Shown here piece after piece: positions 13,101 through 25,424 of a stretch of 64,000 nt of DNA. The stretch's first letter is position 1. Each line of letters starts with the position of its first letter. Under the pieces are notes generated by a model, which was not told the origin of the DNA, did no database searches, and saw nothing but the letters and a program-made list of their open reading frames with translations. Source of the DNA: Lytechinus pictus (lineage: Eukaryota). Where the stretch lies: the NCBI RefSeq assembly GCF_037042905.1, contig NC_087252.1:248001-312000 (forward strand). Direction: 5' to 3'. A program made the position numbers and the translations under genes.

Positions 13101-16100
13101 CAAAAGAAATAGTGAGTGAGTGACATCATCGACTCTCTCATTTGGATGTAACTGGCTCGTTCATATAACTATTTTGTCCAAAATAAGCGAAACTTAGAAA
13201 TGTCATAACTTTCTTATTCTACATCCGATTTTGATGAAATTTTCAGCATTGTACTTGTCTGATTTTTCTCTATTGATTCAAATCAACATTTTTCTGAGGT
13301 GGACTTGACCTTTAAAAGCACTCAATCTTCCTTCTCTTGAGTACCGCAGAAGACGAGGAGACATGATACAGGTGTTCAAAATAATCCATGGATTTGAACG
13401 CATTCCAGGTGATACTTTCTTTGTGTATGCAACAGGCAACACAAGAGGGAGTAGTCTGAAGCTCTCAAAACCCAGATGCTTGACGAAGATCAGACAAGAT
13501 GTTTTCAGCCAGCGTATCATAAACGACTGGAATTCGCTGCCCGAAGAGGTAGTCACTGCTCAGACGGTGAACAGTTTCAAAATAAGGCTAGACAAGGTGT
13601 GGGCAGACCAGCGGTACTGCTCACCCTATGATGCATAAACCACACTAATGTCGAGGACGATGCAGATTGCCAAGCTAGACTGCTACGAAGAAACCTAACT
13701 AACGAGAAGGATGAAGGACTTGAACTGGAAACACGACTGCTGGGATCATCAGCATTCTTCCAGAATCTCGGGTACAGGATGAGTGCCCATACAACAAGAT
13801 ACATGCATTTTAAAGCCTTAACCCATAAGAGAAACTTGCAAACACAGATGGATTTCCCTAGGAAATCCACCGTTCCCTGACCTTGATTTCCCTAGGAAAT
13901 CCATCTTTTTTATTAAAAATCACGAAAATTATCAGTATTTTATTATTCTCTACACCTTCCCACACCTAATGCATAAGGTTTGAAAAAATATTGAATCAAA
14001 ATATGTAAAAATAAAGGTTTCTTACCAGACCGATGTCATGTAGATCCCTCGAATCAAATGTACACAACGCAAATACAATAGTGTCATCCCTTAACCGCTT
14101 ACGTATGACGTACATCCAGTTAGCGTATTGTTGAAGAACAATTTATAGGTAAAAATTCTTATTTTACAAATAATAAAATTTATTACGTGATTATAAATAA
14201 TTAGTAGTATTATACTATAGAGTTAAGGTTTTCGGTTAGTAGGAAAAAACAAGAACGACAAAAGAACAAAAAACTTTCTAATGAAAGTTTGTTGACCTTT
14301 TGACCGTTCCCTGACCTTGTCTTGACCCTTTATATCTTCTAGATAAGGACTTCTGACGATGGACTGATCAAAAAAAAAAAAAAAAGTACACACATGCATA
14401 AAAACACGGAAAAAATGAGCTTTCTTCACACCTTCAGTGTAATTTGCCATTTAACGAAAGTTTGTTGACCTTTTGACATTTCCGGTCATAACTTTGTAAC
14501 GGGAGGTCAAGAGTATATAGTTGTATACATTTTTTGTTCAGTATTACAAACAATTTGATGTGTCACTCGATATAATTGGGACAATTTAAAAAAATTGACC
14601 CCATTTTGACCACTAACATGGTCAAGATGGCCATTAGAAATTTATCACCAAGTTGAAAGTTGTTTTAGCCAATTTTTCGAAGTAAATGACATGCTGCCTG
14701 ACTATTCCCCTTTTGTATTTTTATGAAATTCCATATGAGTTTTGATAGAAAAATTTGATCCAGATTTGAAATAGAGCCAATGTAATTTTTTTGGAAAATG
14801 TCCACATTTGCTTGGAACTGCCCAGTGGCATAAAAATGTAGAAATGTGGACTACATGTAGTAAACATGGTGACTTCAGCTAAAGTGGCTTTCTAAAAATA
14901 ATGAAATTGAACTTTAATAAGTAGGCCTGGGAGTAAACATCGATTGATCGAATGGTTCGAATGGCTTACCGCCGATTGCCAATCGATTAGCAAAATTTTT
15001 ACTAATCGATTGTTCGGCAGATCCCGATTAGACATTTGGGATAACTCGAATACTCAATACGTAGTACAAAAAATGACATATAACAATTGTAATAGAATAA
15101 TTAATACGTTTGAAAATGATGTTACCGAGGCAATTTGTAAAAAAATGAACAATGATTGTATTGTATTCACTGTTAACTTAAACACCAACTTCAAAGAGCT
15201 CGGAATGAATTTTTTCCCATCCAGCCTTCCCCTTCGATACACAGTGTACATGTGCGCCTTAAAATAGAACACACACACAGAACAGCTAATTGCTGATTTG
15301 TGATTGGCCCGCGCTCCACTGATGGGAGTTGCTTTCAAGCACATGCGTGACCATTATCAGAAAAGGTCATGACTTCAGAGAAAAATAATCAACCCCTCCC
15401 AATCTGTGTGCGTGTGTGAGGAGAAAGAGAGAGAGAGAGAGTGGTAGGGGGAAGAAAGATAGGGCTGGAATCTTTGAATGCGGGAACCCTTTCATGTTTC
15501 AAAACAAAGCAAAGCATTCTGTATTACCCCCCCCCCCATACACAGGCACACCAATTTTCCCCAGAGACCTAAAAATAACATTCCAACACGTACCCTTCGC
15601 CTATTCATTCCATGTCTCGACTAGTCTCCAAATATAGACCCAGTTATGGGTTCAAATATTATCCAAAAAATAATAATTTGGCACTTAGGAATTTTAATTA
15701 TTTAATTGAATAATATTTTGCAATTACTTTGTTTTTAAATACAGTATGTAGCATCGTGGGCAGTGCAACAAGCTTGGGTATGGCAGGAGGCAAGGGATGA
15801 ATTTTTCCCCCACAAAAGTGTCTCTGTCACAAGAATAGGCGTGAATGAATTGTTTACTGTGAATTGGAGACAAAACAGACGTAATTGGATTTTGTGAACG
15901 ATGAGCTGGCTGATTCATTTATGCGGGGGTGTATAAAAGCATTGATTCAGGAAATTTTTTAATTGAAACAATAAACTGAAAGTTACAATCAAATTTCATG
16001 CAATTTCTTTTGGCATAGTCATAGGGGGAACAAATAGTCATACTTTCATTTGTGAGAAACAGACTCCTGATGTTCAATACAGTGAGTTCCAGTTGTATAA

Positions 16101-19100
16101 GTGTGGCATTGAGAGTTGTAGATTTTCTGCATTTTGGGTCACTAATAAGGAGGTCAACATTTGCGATTTTAGAAGACGTGATTCCCGACGATTAATCGAA
16201 CTATTCGATTGTTTTTTCAGGAAATAATCGAATGGTAAAAATGACATTCGTCCCACAGTCCCAGGCCTATTAATAAGTCCTGTGGGGGTCATGGGTATTT
16301 GTAGGTGAAAGTGGATGAGATACATTTTCGCTGTTGCCTTGTTGAAGGCAGTTTGGTTTTATTGTGTAATTTGTATTGTACTGTGATCTCTATTTTACCC
16401 ATATTCTCTTTCTGTTTTATCTCGCAATTCTAGAGAAGCTGATGCAACAATGGAGACTTCCCTGAAGCACATTGATCAGCAAGGTCAGAGGTCAGATGAC
16501 GTTGAATCTAACACTCCATCAACAATACACGGTCATCAAGATGAAACCATCTGTCTGACCAATTCCATGGAGATAGAAGACGAATGTGCAGGAGATGATT
16601 ATACCAATGAAAAGAATGATGAGGATGATGATGCTACCACTGAGAGGAAGGAGATGGATCCATCAGAGGAAAGGGAGCCTGAAAACACCAATAGTGATGA
16701 TTTCTGTGATACCATGGATAGTGGTGATGGTCTTCATAGCGACGAGATGGTGGTTCTTCTGTCAGAAGGAGAGCTCAAGTTTGTTATAAAGCAAGAACCT
16801 GAAGACACCGATGGTGATACCAACATCGATTGTCTTGATTCCTTCCTTCCATCAGTACATACGGAGCTCCAATGCTTTATGAAGGAAAAGCCTGTTGATA
16901 TTGAAGAGGAACGCCCGATTTCTAATACAAAGGAAGAGTCTGCAGACAGTTATGAACGATCTTTTCTGCATGAACCACAATTATGCAGCAATCAAGGTTT
17001 GTTTCTGTATTTGTAGTCAGTGTTGTAGTGCCTTGATGCTCGGTCTTGGCCCTAAGGTGCCTTAAATAAGGCCTACCTATTTTTCCAAAGTCGTAGCCTT
17101 AAGAGAGGGCCTTGGCGATGTTGAGCCTGGGCCTTGGCCTTGGGTATTGAAGAATTGGCCTGGGCCTTGGCCTTGGGTATTGAAGAATTGGCCTGGGCCT
17201 TGGCCTTGGGTATTGAAGAATTGGCCTGGGCCTTGGCCTTGGGTATTGAAGAATTGGCCTGGGCCTTGGCCTTGGGTATTGAAGAATTGGCCTGGGCCTT
17301 GGCTTAGGGTTTGGGCCTTTCCTCCTACACTTATTGTAGTTTGTGTTTGTAGCATGTACTGCGATTTCATGAGGTTTTCGTTCTGGGGGATGGGGTTGGA
17401 CTACAGCTCTCTTTTGCTGTAAAAATGTCAAAATTAAAGGGGGATCTGTTGAACAGTATAAAAATTATGAAATTTTGTATTGTTTGTCAAAATTTATATC
17501 AATTAGCACTGATATTTTGTTTTCATTCTCTTTTGTTTTGTTTTTACAGCAATTAACAATTTTTATTTAGATTAGATTTCAGTTTTGATAAATATTGTTT
17601 ATGTAGCCTTCTACTAATAAAGAATGTAGACCCCAAAATGTTTTCTTAGTTTGTTTTGATAGAGTTTGTGACATACCTATTATAATAAGGATAAATCTAC
17701 ATTCAGATGAATAACATTTTGACACAAAATGTTGCAAATTTTACATTTGTAAAATTAATTCAATTTACAATAATACTAATTACTTTTCTCCTTTATGTTT
17801 ATACCAGTAAAGCTTAAAGTGAGAGCTATTGATTCCTCAGTATTAAACATCTTCACCATATTGTGAGTATCAATAAAGGAAAACAAACTTCAAAGAAAAT
17901 ATGTCTGGGATAAATCTGTTTCTCCCTGCTCTTTTTATCTCAGGTGGGAATCCAAGTATTCAGAGCACCTCTCAAGGAACTGAAAACAAAGGGGATATAT
18001 CAGGTGATACATCATGTGACAGGTCACATGGGAAACATATTCAAGAGAAGTTTCCACTGCAATCCCTTCTTGGAAACCAGTCAGATTTAACTGAGAGAGG
18101 TGGCAGCTCATCAAGTGAGTCTCTGGTACCAAACAAAGTGGACTCTCCCGAAGGAGAGAGTGCTACTACGAGTTCCTCCGTATTAAATGGTGATGGTAGA
18201 AAATTGGATGGGAATACAGACAGCACAGGAAATATGTTTTGTTGTTCAATCTGCAATGAAGAATTCAAAAGCCGGGATTGTTGGTGGAGCCATGTGAAGA
18301 TCCATTGGGAAGATAAGTCTTACAAATGTACCTACTGTGAGGAAAGATTCCGGAAACACAGCGATCTAAGGAATCACTTAACAATCCACGCTGAGGAACG
18401 GTTGAATGTCAGCGACAAACTCCTTGATGGTGACTCAAATCTTCAATCAAGTGTGCTGGTTTATATCAAAGAAAGGCAAGATCAATGCTCAAGTAAAGAT
18501 AAGAGTTCCAAAGAGGATGCATACATGGAAGAGTACTATAAGTGTTCCAGTTGTGAATGGCTGTTCAAATCCTCTGATGCCCTGAAGAGGCACATGGTAT
18601 CATATCACACACTGAAAAGCCATATGGGAATCCACAAAGAAAAAGTGCAGTACTATCAGTGCTCTGTCTGTAAACAATCATATCACATGCTTGGTGAGCT
18701 GAAAAGACATATGAGAATTCACAAAGAAAAATTCCAGTACCAGTGCTCTGTTTGTGAGGCAGCGTTTATCCGATTAGTTAAGCTAAATGCCCATATGCGA
18801 ATGCATACGGAAGAAAGGCAGTATGAATGTTCTGAGTGTAAGGAAGTATTCCACAAAGCTGATCTGATGATGCATGTCAGATCACACGATGTAGAGTGGC
18901 CAAAAAAGTGTTCTTCATGTGATGAAAGCTTTACCTCCTGGGCGCGTCTTATTGGTCATCGACTAAAACACACAGGAGAAAAACCATATTTATGCTCCAT
19001 CTGTAAGGAAGATTTTACAAGAAAAGTTGATTTAGATCGACACATGGAGATTCATACGCAAGAAAAACCTAGTGATGTGAACAAGAATACAAGATCAAGA

Positions 19101-19439
19101 GAAAAGTCATTTGAGTGTACTCAGTGTAAGAAAGCATTCTACAAAGCTCATTGTCTCAAACGTCACATCCGAATCCATACAGGAGAAGAACCATGTAAGT
19201 GCGCTGAGTGCGGGGAGTGCTTTTCATTTTGGGGGCAACTTAGAATTCACCGAATAAAAAAACACACTGGAATAAAACCATATCTGTGCTCCATTTGTGG
19301 GAAACATTTATTGCAAAGACAACATTTAATTGACCATATGAAAATTCATACGGGAGAAAAGCCATATACATGTTCTGTTTGTTCAAAGAGTTTCAGATCT
19401 AAATCATATTTGAGGTCTCACATTCTTAGATGTCACTGA
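1150..19439 (+). CDS. C2H2 zinc-finger gene 1 (predicted ~809 aa; acidic N-terminal region plus 12 C2H2 fingers)
   Basis: Hand-built model with exons 1150-1250 (ATG preceded by in-frame TAA), 1740-1784, 3344-3406, 9694-9738, 10448-10492, 11985-12056, 16434-16996 and 17944-19439. All have AG/GT boundaries and join in frame without stops (2430 nt). The last two exons are well supported by ORFs 16450 and 17901 and by homology to gene 2. The small upstream exons are less certain. Confidence 0.7.
2021..2748. mobile_element. piggyBac-like MITE related to 259-975
   Basis: TTAA-CCCTAATTCTCCCAGG left end and degenerate CCTGGGAG... right end. Internal similarity to 259-975. Confidence 0.55.
4077..5241 (-). 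mobile_element. hAT-like deletion derivative nested in the Kolobok-like element (second copy 6679-7845)
   Basis: 8-bp TSD CTCTGCGC at 4069-4076 and 5242-5249. Imperfect TIR CAGGCTAGGAATTA / CAGTGTCGGAATTA. Relic ORF MDKFL... starts at 4703 on the - strand. Confidence 0.8.
4309..4508. mobile_element. 200-bp hAT-type MITE (second copy 6911-7112)
   Basis: 8-bp TSD CACCAGAG. Ends CAGTGGCGTA / TACGCTAGTG. Same family as 25967-26233. Confidence 0.85.
10875..11790 (+). mobile_element. Helentron-associated (HINE/DINE-1-like) element with ~160-bp internal tandem repeats
   Basis: Subterminal IR GTCTCACCTGCA (10879) / TGCAGGTGAGAC (11753), a nearby inverted GTGAGAC, a (GGC)n tract, about 4.5 core repeats (AATCAAGTATCACTGAAC...AGGTCAAAGGTCA), a short 3' hairpin and T-run flanks. 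Confidence 0.7.
12525..13800 (+). mobile_element. CR1-clade LINE 3' remnant, internally deleted and interrupted by a MITE
   Basis: FNSQKCKV..LHIG...ERDL, then RAPKMI...YTERL|KALNLPSLEYRRRRGDMIQVFKI...FSQRIINDWNSLP...NSFKIRLDK. This is typical of the CR1 ORF2 C-terminus. Confidence 0.85.
12708..13311. mobile_element. Kolobok-like MITE with long TIRs inserted in the CR1 remnant
   Basis: TTAA TSD. AGGACAAGTCCACC / GGTGGACTTGACCT ends with inverted arms over 200 bp. Confidence 0.85.
14922..16269. mobile_element. hAT-like non-autonomous element (1348 bp)
   Basis: 8-bp TSD TTAATAAG, TIR TAGGCCTGGGA and subterminal ATCGA(T/A) repeats. Confidence 0.85.
16434..16996 (+). CDS. gene 1 acidic D/E-rich exon (phase 2 to phase 1) with IKQEPED motif
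   Basis: Acceptor ...tctcgcaattctag and donor CAAG|gtttgt. Part of ORF 16450..17016. Ends LHEPQLCSNQG, matching gene 2 LHEVPSCSTQG. Confidence 0.85.
17125..17310. repeat. 33-bp minisatellite (5 full copies plus a partial) inside a probable hAT-like MITE (~17018-17411)
   Basis: Unit GCCTGGGCCTTGGCCTTGGGTATTGAAGAATTG. Host ends CAGTGTTGTAGT / ACTACAGCTCT with no clean TSD. Confidence 0.85.
17944..19439 (+). CDS. gene 1 terminal exon, 12 C2H2 zinc fingers
   Basis: Acceptor ctttttatctcag|GTGGGAA, phase 1. Repeated CxxC-x12-HxxxH units with TGEKPY linkers in ORF 17901..19439. Confidence 0.93.
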
Positions 19440-20065
19440 CATAAATACGGTTGGAGCAGTGTGTGGGATGATAGCAATATTCTGATCTGAAAGTTTGAAC
19501 CCCCCTTCCCCCCCCCACACACTAAGGGCTAGGTTTATGAACATTCATGCACATACTGCTACCATCTTTCAGTTAAAGAACTTTTTTTTTCAATGTCTTA
19601 AAATAATGATTTTAATATGCGAACGAGCTAATTTTCAGTAGAGTGAAGACGAAACGTCCTAAAACCTCTTTCAAGTGGTGAGTAATTATCACATCACGGG
19701 CAATACATATGTGTGTATTAAAATAAGTACATTATATACCATCTTTCAGTTAGATGCCTATCATGAATTTGTTTGATGGCTAATAGTGTAATGGATTTGT
19801 CAGGATATAAAGAAAAAAAAGAAGTAAATTAACAGAAATGCAGCGAGTGAGCATTTTTGCGAGCCTTGAAAAAGTTGCTTCTGAACAGTCGTTTAAAATG
19901 ATGTGCATATAGATTTTGATAAAGGTAAATTATCAATTTAATCTACAGAAGAAAATGAAAAAGAAATATAAAGAGACAGTATTAAACAGTCCATATTTTG
20001 TTCAATGAAAACCATTTGAAGGTGAGATCAGAATAAAAAAAGGGAATCATTATTATTGGGATCAA

Positions 20066-20530
20066 CCCTGATTAAACTGGGGGGGGGTGGTCAATTTGAC
20101 ACCCCTTGACAAATTTTGTTGCTATGCCGCTGCGCAAATGTTTTTGACCATGCCGTTCGCTGACTTTTCTTTTCCAGTCTTGCGCATCTTTTGAGACCAA
20201 ATTTGTGACGCCTGGGTATGCGGTTCCGAAATTACGCAAAATTTTATAAGCGCATGTCAGTCCCACAATTGCTCAAAAACGTGATTCCGTGTACAAAGTC
20301 AATACAATACATAAATGTATGATTATTTTTACTTTTGTTATTTATGATCGCAAAAGGGTCCCCGACAAAGTTAAGAAAAAAAAAAAAACACTAAAAAACA
20401 AATATTTGAAAAAACAAGGAAATACATAATTTTTTAAAACATGAAATGCATAGGAAATTAATAATTTTTTGTTAGATTTTTATTAGAGTATATAAAATGA
20501 GTTAAAGGCAAAGACAAGTCTTAACCAAGG
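20066..20530. mobile_element. degenerate piggyBac-like MITE (259-975 family)
   Basis: TCAA-CCCTGATTAAACT left end and AGTCTTAACCAAGG-TTAA right end. Shares internal TTGAGACCAAATTTG...GAAATTACGCAA. Confidence 0.55.
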
Positions 20531-20749
20531 TTAAATTTTTAGGGTATGTTTTTGATACTACATGTATTGTATAGAGTGCATTTTTTTACTTGCATACATG
20601 TAATATGGCACAAATGAAGGTCTTGTGTGTTAAAAGACCCACATGGCCCTCGTCTACGGCCAATATGATTAGATTGTTGTGTGAAATGTATTTGATGTTC
20701 CCCTCAAGGCCAGCCAATATTATCATAATTATATAAATGTTCATTATTG

Positions 20750-21020
20750 TGGGGATGTCGCAGCTGAGTGGTTATGACTTCTTTCAATCAGAGGGTTCTA
20801 ATCCCAGCCGTGAGGTATTTTCCTTCTGCAAGAAATTTGCCACATTGTGCTGCACTCAACCCAGGTGAGGTGAATCATGCCTGGGTGCCCGTGCAGTATT
20901 AATTCTTTGAAATGCACTGGGTGCTTAAAGGGAACTTGAGCTAGAGATTTGGAATGAATTATTCCTGATAGGTGCAGCTAAATGAATGTATATTATAATA
21001 TTATCATTATTATAATAATT
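20750..21020 (+). mobile_element. tRNA-derived SINE (degenerate)
   Basis: A/B-box-like head. Core CACATTGTGCTGCACTCAACCCAGGTGAGGTGAAT is shared with 36696 and 62760. (ATT)n tail. Confidence 0.7.
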
Positions 21021-21349
21021 ATTTGTAGCACTTTTAGTGTTACTGACATCATTATCATTATTACTATTACCGGTATTATTGACCTGATGAAGGCCAGCAT
21101 CACCAAAAGCATATGAATAAATAGAAAGACGACATCAAGACTTAGTCTGGCTCATCATTATTCTGTGTTTTCTGAGTATATAGATATATTGTATATGATA
21201 TTGTGCCTATCCACCCCCCCCCCACGATCATCTAATGGTACCTCAGGAATTCAGGGGTGGGGTAGGGTAGGTTAATTTTGGTTAACATGTGTGGTGTTTA
21301 TGCCTTAACTGACTAAAGGTTTTTTATTGGAAAATGTCACAAATAGTTG

Positions 21350-21715
21350 GTCTAATGCCAATTCGTCTAATTACCAACTCGTCTACTATCATTTGGTCTG
21401 TCATCGGTTTGTCTACTCACCACATGGTCTACTTTCATTTAGTCTAATGCCATTCCATCTAATAACCAGTTGACCCAATAGCCATTTAGCCGTAAACCAT
21501 TTAGTCTAATTGGAAGAGTGTTAATTGGGCGAAATGAATAAAAAGAAAATGGGTATTAGACCAACTGTTTATTAGACGAAATGGTGATAAGACGAAGTGA
21601 TGATTGGACGAAATGGTTACTGGACCAAATGGTTGTAAGACAAAATGTTGATGGACGGAATGGCATTAGACTATGAAGGTAGACCATGTAGTGAGTGGAC
21701 GAATTGGCAATTTAC
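21350..21715. mobile_element. foldback-type MITE built of short TCGTCTA/TAGACGA repeats (relatives at ~32890-33200 and ~59577-59885)
   Basis: TGCCAATTCGTC at the left end and GACGAATTGGCA at the right end, with mirror-oriented internal repeats. Confidence 0.6.
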
Positions 21716-22617
21716 TTAAACATCTCATATTTCAATCAGACAATAGATATTAAGTTAATGTTTATTTTTCAATTTGATTTAAATAAAAATCAATGATGTT
21801 AAACAATGTAAGATTCAAATCAATTCATACTGGTTTATTGAGATTCAAAAAAGAAAATTAAGCCAAACTGCTTATTCACAGAAAGTAAGAGTGTACAAGG
21901 GGTGTGATGCTGTTCGAATATGTGTGTGTGTGAGATAATTGGAGATAGGTGGAAAGGGAGAACTATTCTGCAAGCACAGACTTAGTCTGCAGTTGCAGAA
22001 CTTTGATCAACAAGTGTGCCTCCACGCAAAGACTAGCACATGCAAAACTTGCTGTTCCAGACCTTCAGTACACAGTTCATATTTATACCCTTAACTCGAG
22101 TGAAGGGTTTGCCCAGCAGACTAGCACAGACTCGTATTTTACACTTTAGTAGGGTCCATGCAGTGCGTCTCAAAAAAAAAACTATACACTTTTGAAATTG
22201 CTGCCAAACAAACAATATGTCACTTTGGGGAAAAATACCTATATATATGGAAAGTCAATAAAGTAAACTTTCAAATGACACCAAAAAGTTGGAAAACTAT
22301 TCATGCTTGAGTGAGCACTACCCACTTAAACAAAGGGTATGAAAATTAGGGTGGGCAGGAATTAGCCTTCCAATTTCTTTCAGTTTTTGAGAGGCGAGTC
22401 CCTTGGAACTTGCAAAGTTGAGGGTGTTGTGATAAATTAACGATCAATTTAAATTGTTAGAGCAAATTTCATGAATTACTAAATTGAAATTTCATGGATG
22501 AGTGAGTGTCAGTTGTAATCTTTAGTGCAGCATTTTAACATTATATCATGTGGATCTCAGCATTTTGTTCATTGAAGTAAGGAGAATAGGGGTGAGATAG
22601 GACTTAAGTGGGTGAAG

Positions 22618-23730
22618 TCAATTTCAATCAATTTCAATTTATTTCATTCATAAAAACACATAAATATACATAGTAATAAAACAAAATATCAATATAAGAA
22701 TGTGGAGACAGCTTAGAAGAACCAAGTCTTATAAGGTGCTGCCACCAAAATGTAAGCACAAACATTTTAAAATGGACATTTTCACATAATAACTAGAAAA
22801 TAAGGATGATAAATAAAAATACAAATTATTAAAGGAGAATGAAACCCTTGAAACTAGCTGAATCCATATCAAAGAGAAAAATCAAAGAAACATATTGTTG
22901 AAAGTTTGAGGAAGATTGAATGAATAATAAGAAAGTTATAAGCATTTGAATATTGAGATCACTAGTGCCATGTAGATCCTCCCATCGGCAATGCGACCAA
23001 GATCTGTGATATCACACACGTACAACTCCCTCATTACTTTAGTACTTATTTCACTTATATTCTCACTTTTATAGAGTCTATCACAAGGTTAGGTGTTTTC
23101 TTTATGAGATGACAAGTACAGAGGTTTCACAACATTATATCATTGATGAATCGTTTGTCATATGATTAGAATGAGCAAAAATATATGTTTTGGGGTATAT
23201 TTTCAGTGTCCGAATGGGAGAGTTGTACGTGCGTGACATCACAGATCTTGGTCGCATTGCCAATGGGAGGATCTCCATAGCATTAGTGATCTCGACATTC
23301 AAATGCTCATAACTCTTTTATTGCTAGTCCTATTTTACTCAAAGTTTTGTTGATCTTATTCTTTGATTTTTCTGCTTTCACAAAAGCTAACTTGCTCCAA
23401 GAGTTTCATTCTCCTTTAATATTCCAAGACAAACCCTACACGATACTTGAACAAACAAAGCCTGATAATTTTATAAATAATGTTTTTTTTTTAAATAATC
23501 GTTTGAAAGAATTGAGTGATACACTTAATTTAATGTCATCAGGTAATGCATTCCAAATTTTAGGACCCTTAAAGAATATAGAATTGATACCAATATTGGT
23601 TCTGATGGGAAAAACTCAACAGAATGTTTAGCCTCCCTTAGATCGAGACTGAATGCTATTACATGTACGCAATAAAGTCCAGAGCGGACTGTCAATTTGA
23701 TAAATTTTGAGAATTCGGTCATCAACTTTT
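22618..23730 (-). mobile_element. L2/Crack-like LINE 3' remnant
   Basis: Minus frame PIRTNIGINSIFFKGPKIWNALPDDIKLSVSLNSFKRLFKK (~23485-23610), a 3' stem-loop-like segment (~22705-22745) and an AATAAA-(TTGAAA)n tail at ~22618-22645. The 5' boundary is approximate. Confidence 0.7.
22833..23415. mobile_element. Kolobok-like MITE nested in the LINE remnant
   Basis: TTAA TSD, TIR AGGAGAATGAAAC / GTTTCATTCTCCT and long inverted arms. Confidence 0.85.
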
Positions 23731-25424
23731 ACCAGTCGATCAACAATTTGTTAGTAAATCAACTCAATCAATGTGATCAATTAAACATTAAGCTTTTTCA
23801 ATAAATTATCAATCATTATTCAGCTTTTTCAATGAATTCATAAATCATCATATAATAGGTCAATTTTTTAGAATCACTCAATGGAAAATAAAAGACCCAT
23901 CAACCATCAGTAACTTGGCATATAAGTTTGGAATGCCATGATCCAGGAGAAAGAAAGAAAGAGGGTGTGAAGGGGAGGGAATTTGTAAGAACACAAAGAA
24001 GAAGAATGCCCTTTTAACTGTTTAACCCAGTCTTACCCTAGCTGACCCCCTTGCATGCAAAAGGTACCATCACATTACTCTGACTCTCACAAGCACATTG
24101 CTAAGATCCACATAATAAACTTAAAATGCAACTTACACTAAAATTACAATTCCTGTTTACTCATGCACTGCATTACAATTTAGTAACTCGTGAAATTAGC
24201 CTAAGAAACCAAAACTGATCTCAATTCATCAATAATTTTGCATGACAACTTTAACTTTGCAAGTTCAAAAGGACTCACCTCTAAACAAAACTCGAAGGCT
24301 AATTCCTGCTCACCCTAGCAAAGGCTAGTCTCTCAGGATGGGAGGAAGGGGTAGAGAGGGAGAGAGAGAGAGGGGGGTGGCTAAAGTGTTCTGTTGGCCT
24401 TTGTCCCATCAACCTGCTCCCCCCCCCCCCCCACCTAAGTCCTATCTCATCCCTATTCTGACTCCCATTAACACATTGCTGAGATCCACGTGAAAAGGTC
24501 AAAATGATGCACTAAAAATGTAATTCATGTTCACTCATGCATTATATTTAAATTTGAAAATTCTTGAAATTAGCTCTAAGAACCTAAATAAATAATGATT
24601 GATCATTAATTTATCACAACACCCTCGACTTTGCAAGTTCCAGGGGACTCGCCTCTCAAAAACTGAAAGAATTTGGAAGGCTAATTCCTGCCCACCCTAA
24701 TTGTCATATACCCTTTGTTTAAGTGCCGGGTATATTGCTCACTCAAGCATGAATAGTTTTCCAACTTTTGGTGTCATTTGAAAGTTTACTTTATTGACTT
24801 TCCATATATAGGCCTATAGGTATTTTTCCCCAAGGTGACGTATTTTCTGTTTGGCAGCCATTTCAAAAGTGTATAAGGCACTATATAAGACAATGACATG
24901 AAAAGGGGATATACCTGAACCAAGTATATCTAGAGGGTGTATTGCAACCCAAGACTTTTATTATATGTATGTCCCATCTCATGATGTACATGTATATCCC
25001 TTCTTTGTCCCTCGGTAGTACTTGGCAACATGATTTATTTGCGTAATCAGACTTTAAAGAGAGTCCAATCGTCAAACTCGGATGTTAAAAAACGGTTTTA
25101 CAAAACAGTGTAGATGCGAACTCCGAACAGATGAAGAAGCTAGCCCATGCACTATTTTGTATTTCATATGAAATATTTGTCTTGTGCACATGCAATTTTA
25201 AATGCCATAACTTTCTTATCTCCTATCCGATTTTGATTTAATTAGTTTCCAGCATACTTATTTGTGTTTTGATTTTTTTTTTAAATTTAAAATCTGCTTT
25301 TCAATTTATTGGAATTGACGGCCTTTTCATGCCTAGCTAGACAACGGTTTTTCACTTTTTTTCTCGCGGAGATATATAGTCAACATCTACATTTGAGGTT
25401 TATGCCCCCCCCCCCCCATATGCG

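Larger units (their letters stand above)
22161..24883. mobile_element. Tc1/mariner-like element with ~450-bp inverted arms, hosting nested insertions
   Basis: CAGTGCGTCTCAAAAA..TATACACTTTTGAAA left end. Arm 22161-22617 is the reverse complement of ~24430-24883. Confidence 0.75.

Noticed and set aside
13363..13638. 91-aa ORF as a host gene
   Set aside because: It is the C-terminal fragment of a dead CR1 LINE ORF2.
13818..14226. Possible piggyBac-like element with two GGATTTCCCTAGGAAATCC near-palindromes
   Set aside because: A TTAA-CCC left end is present, but no convincing matching right TIR was found.
17077..17431. Repetitive ORFs (QGQGPGQFFNT, PRPRP, WPGPW)
   Set aside because: These are translations of a 33-bp intronic minisatellite that lacks stops in several frames.
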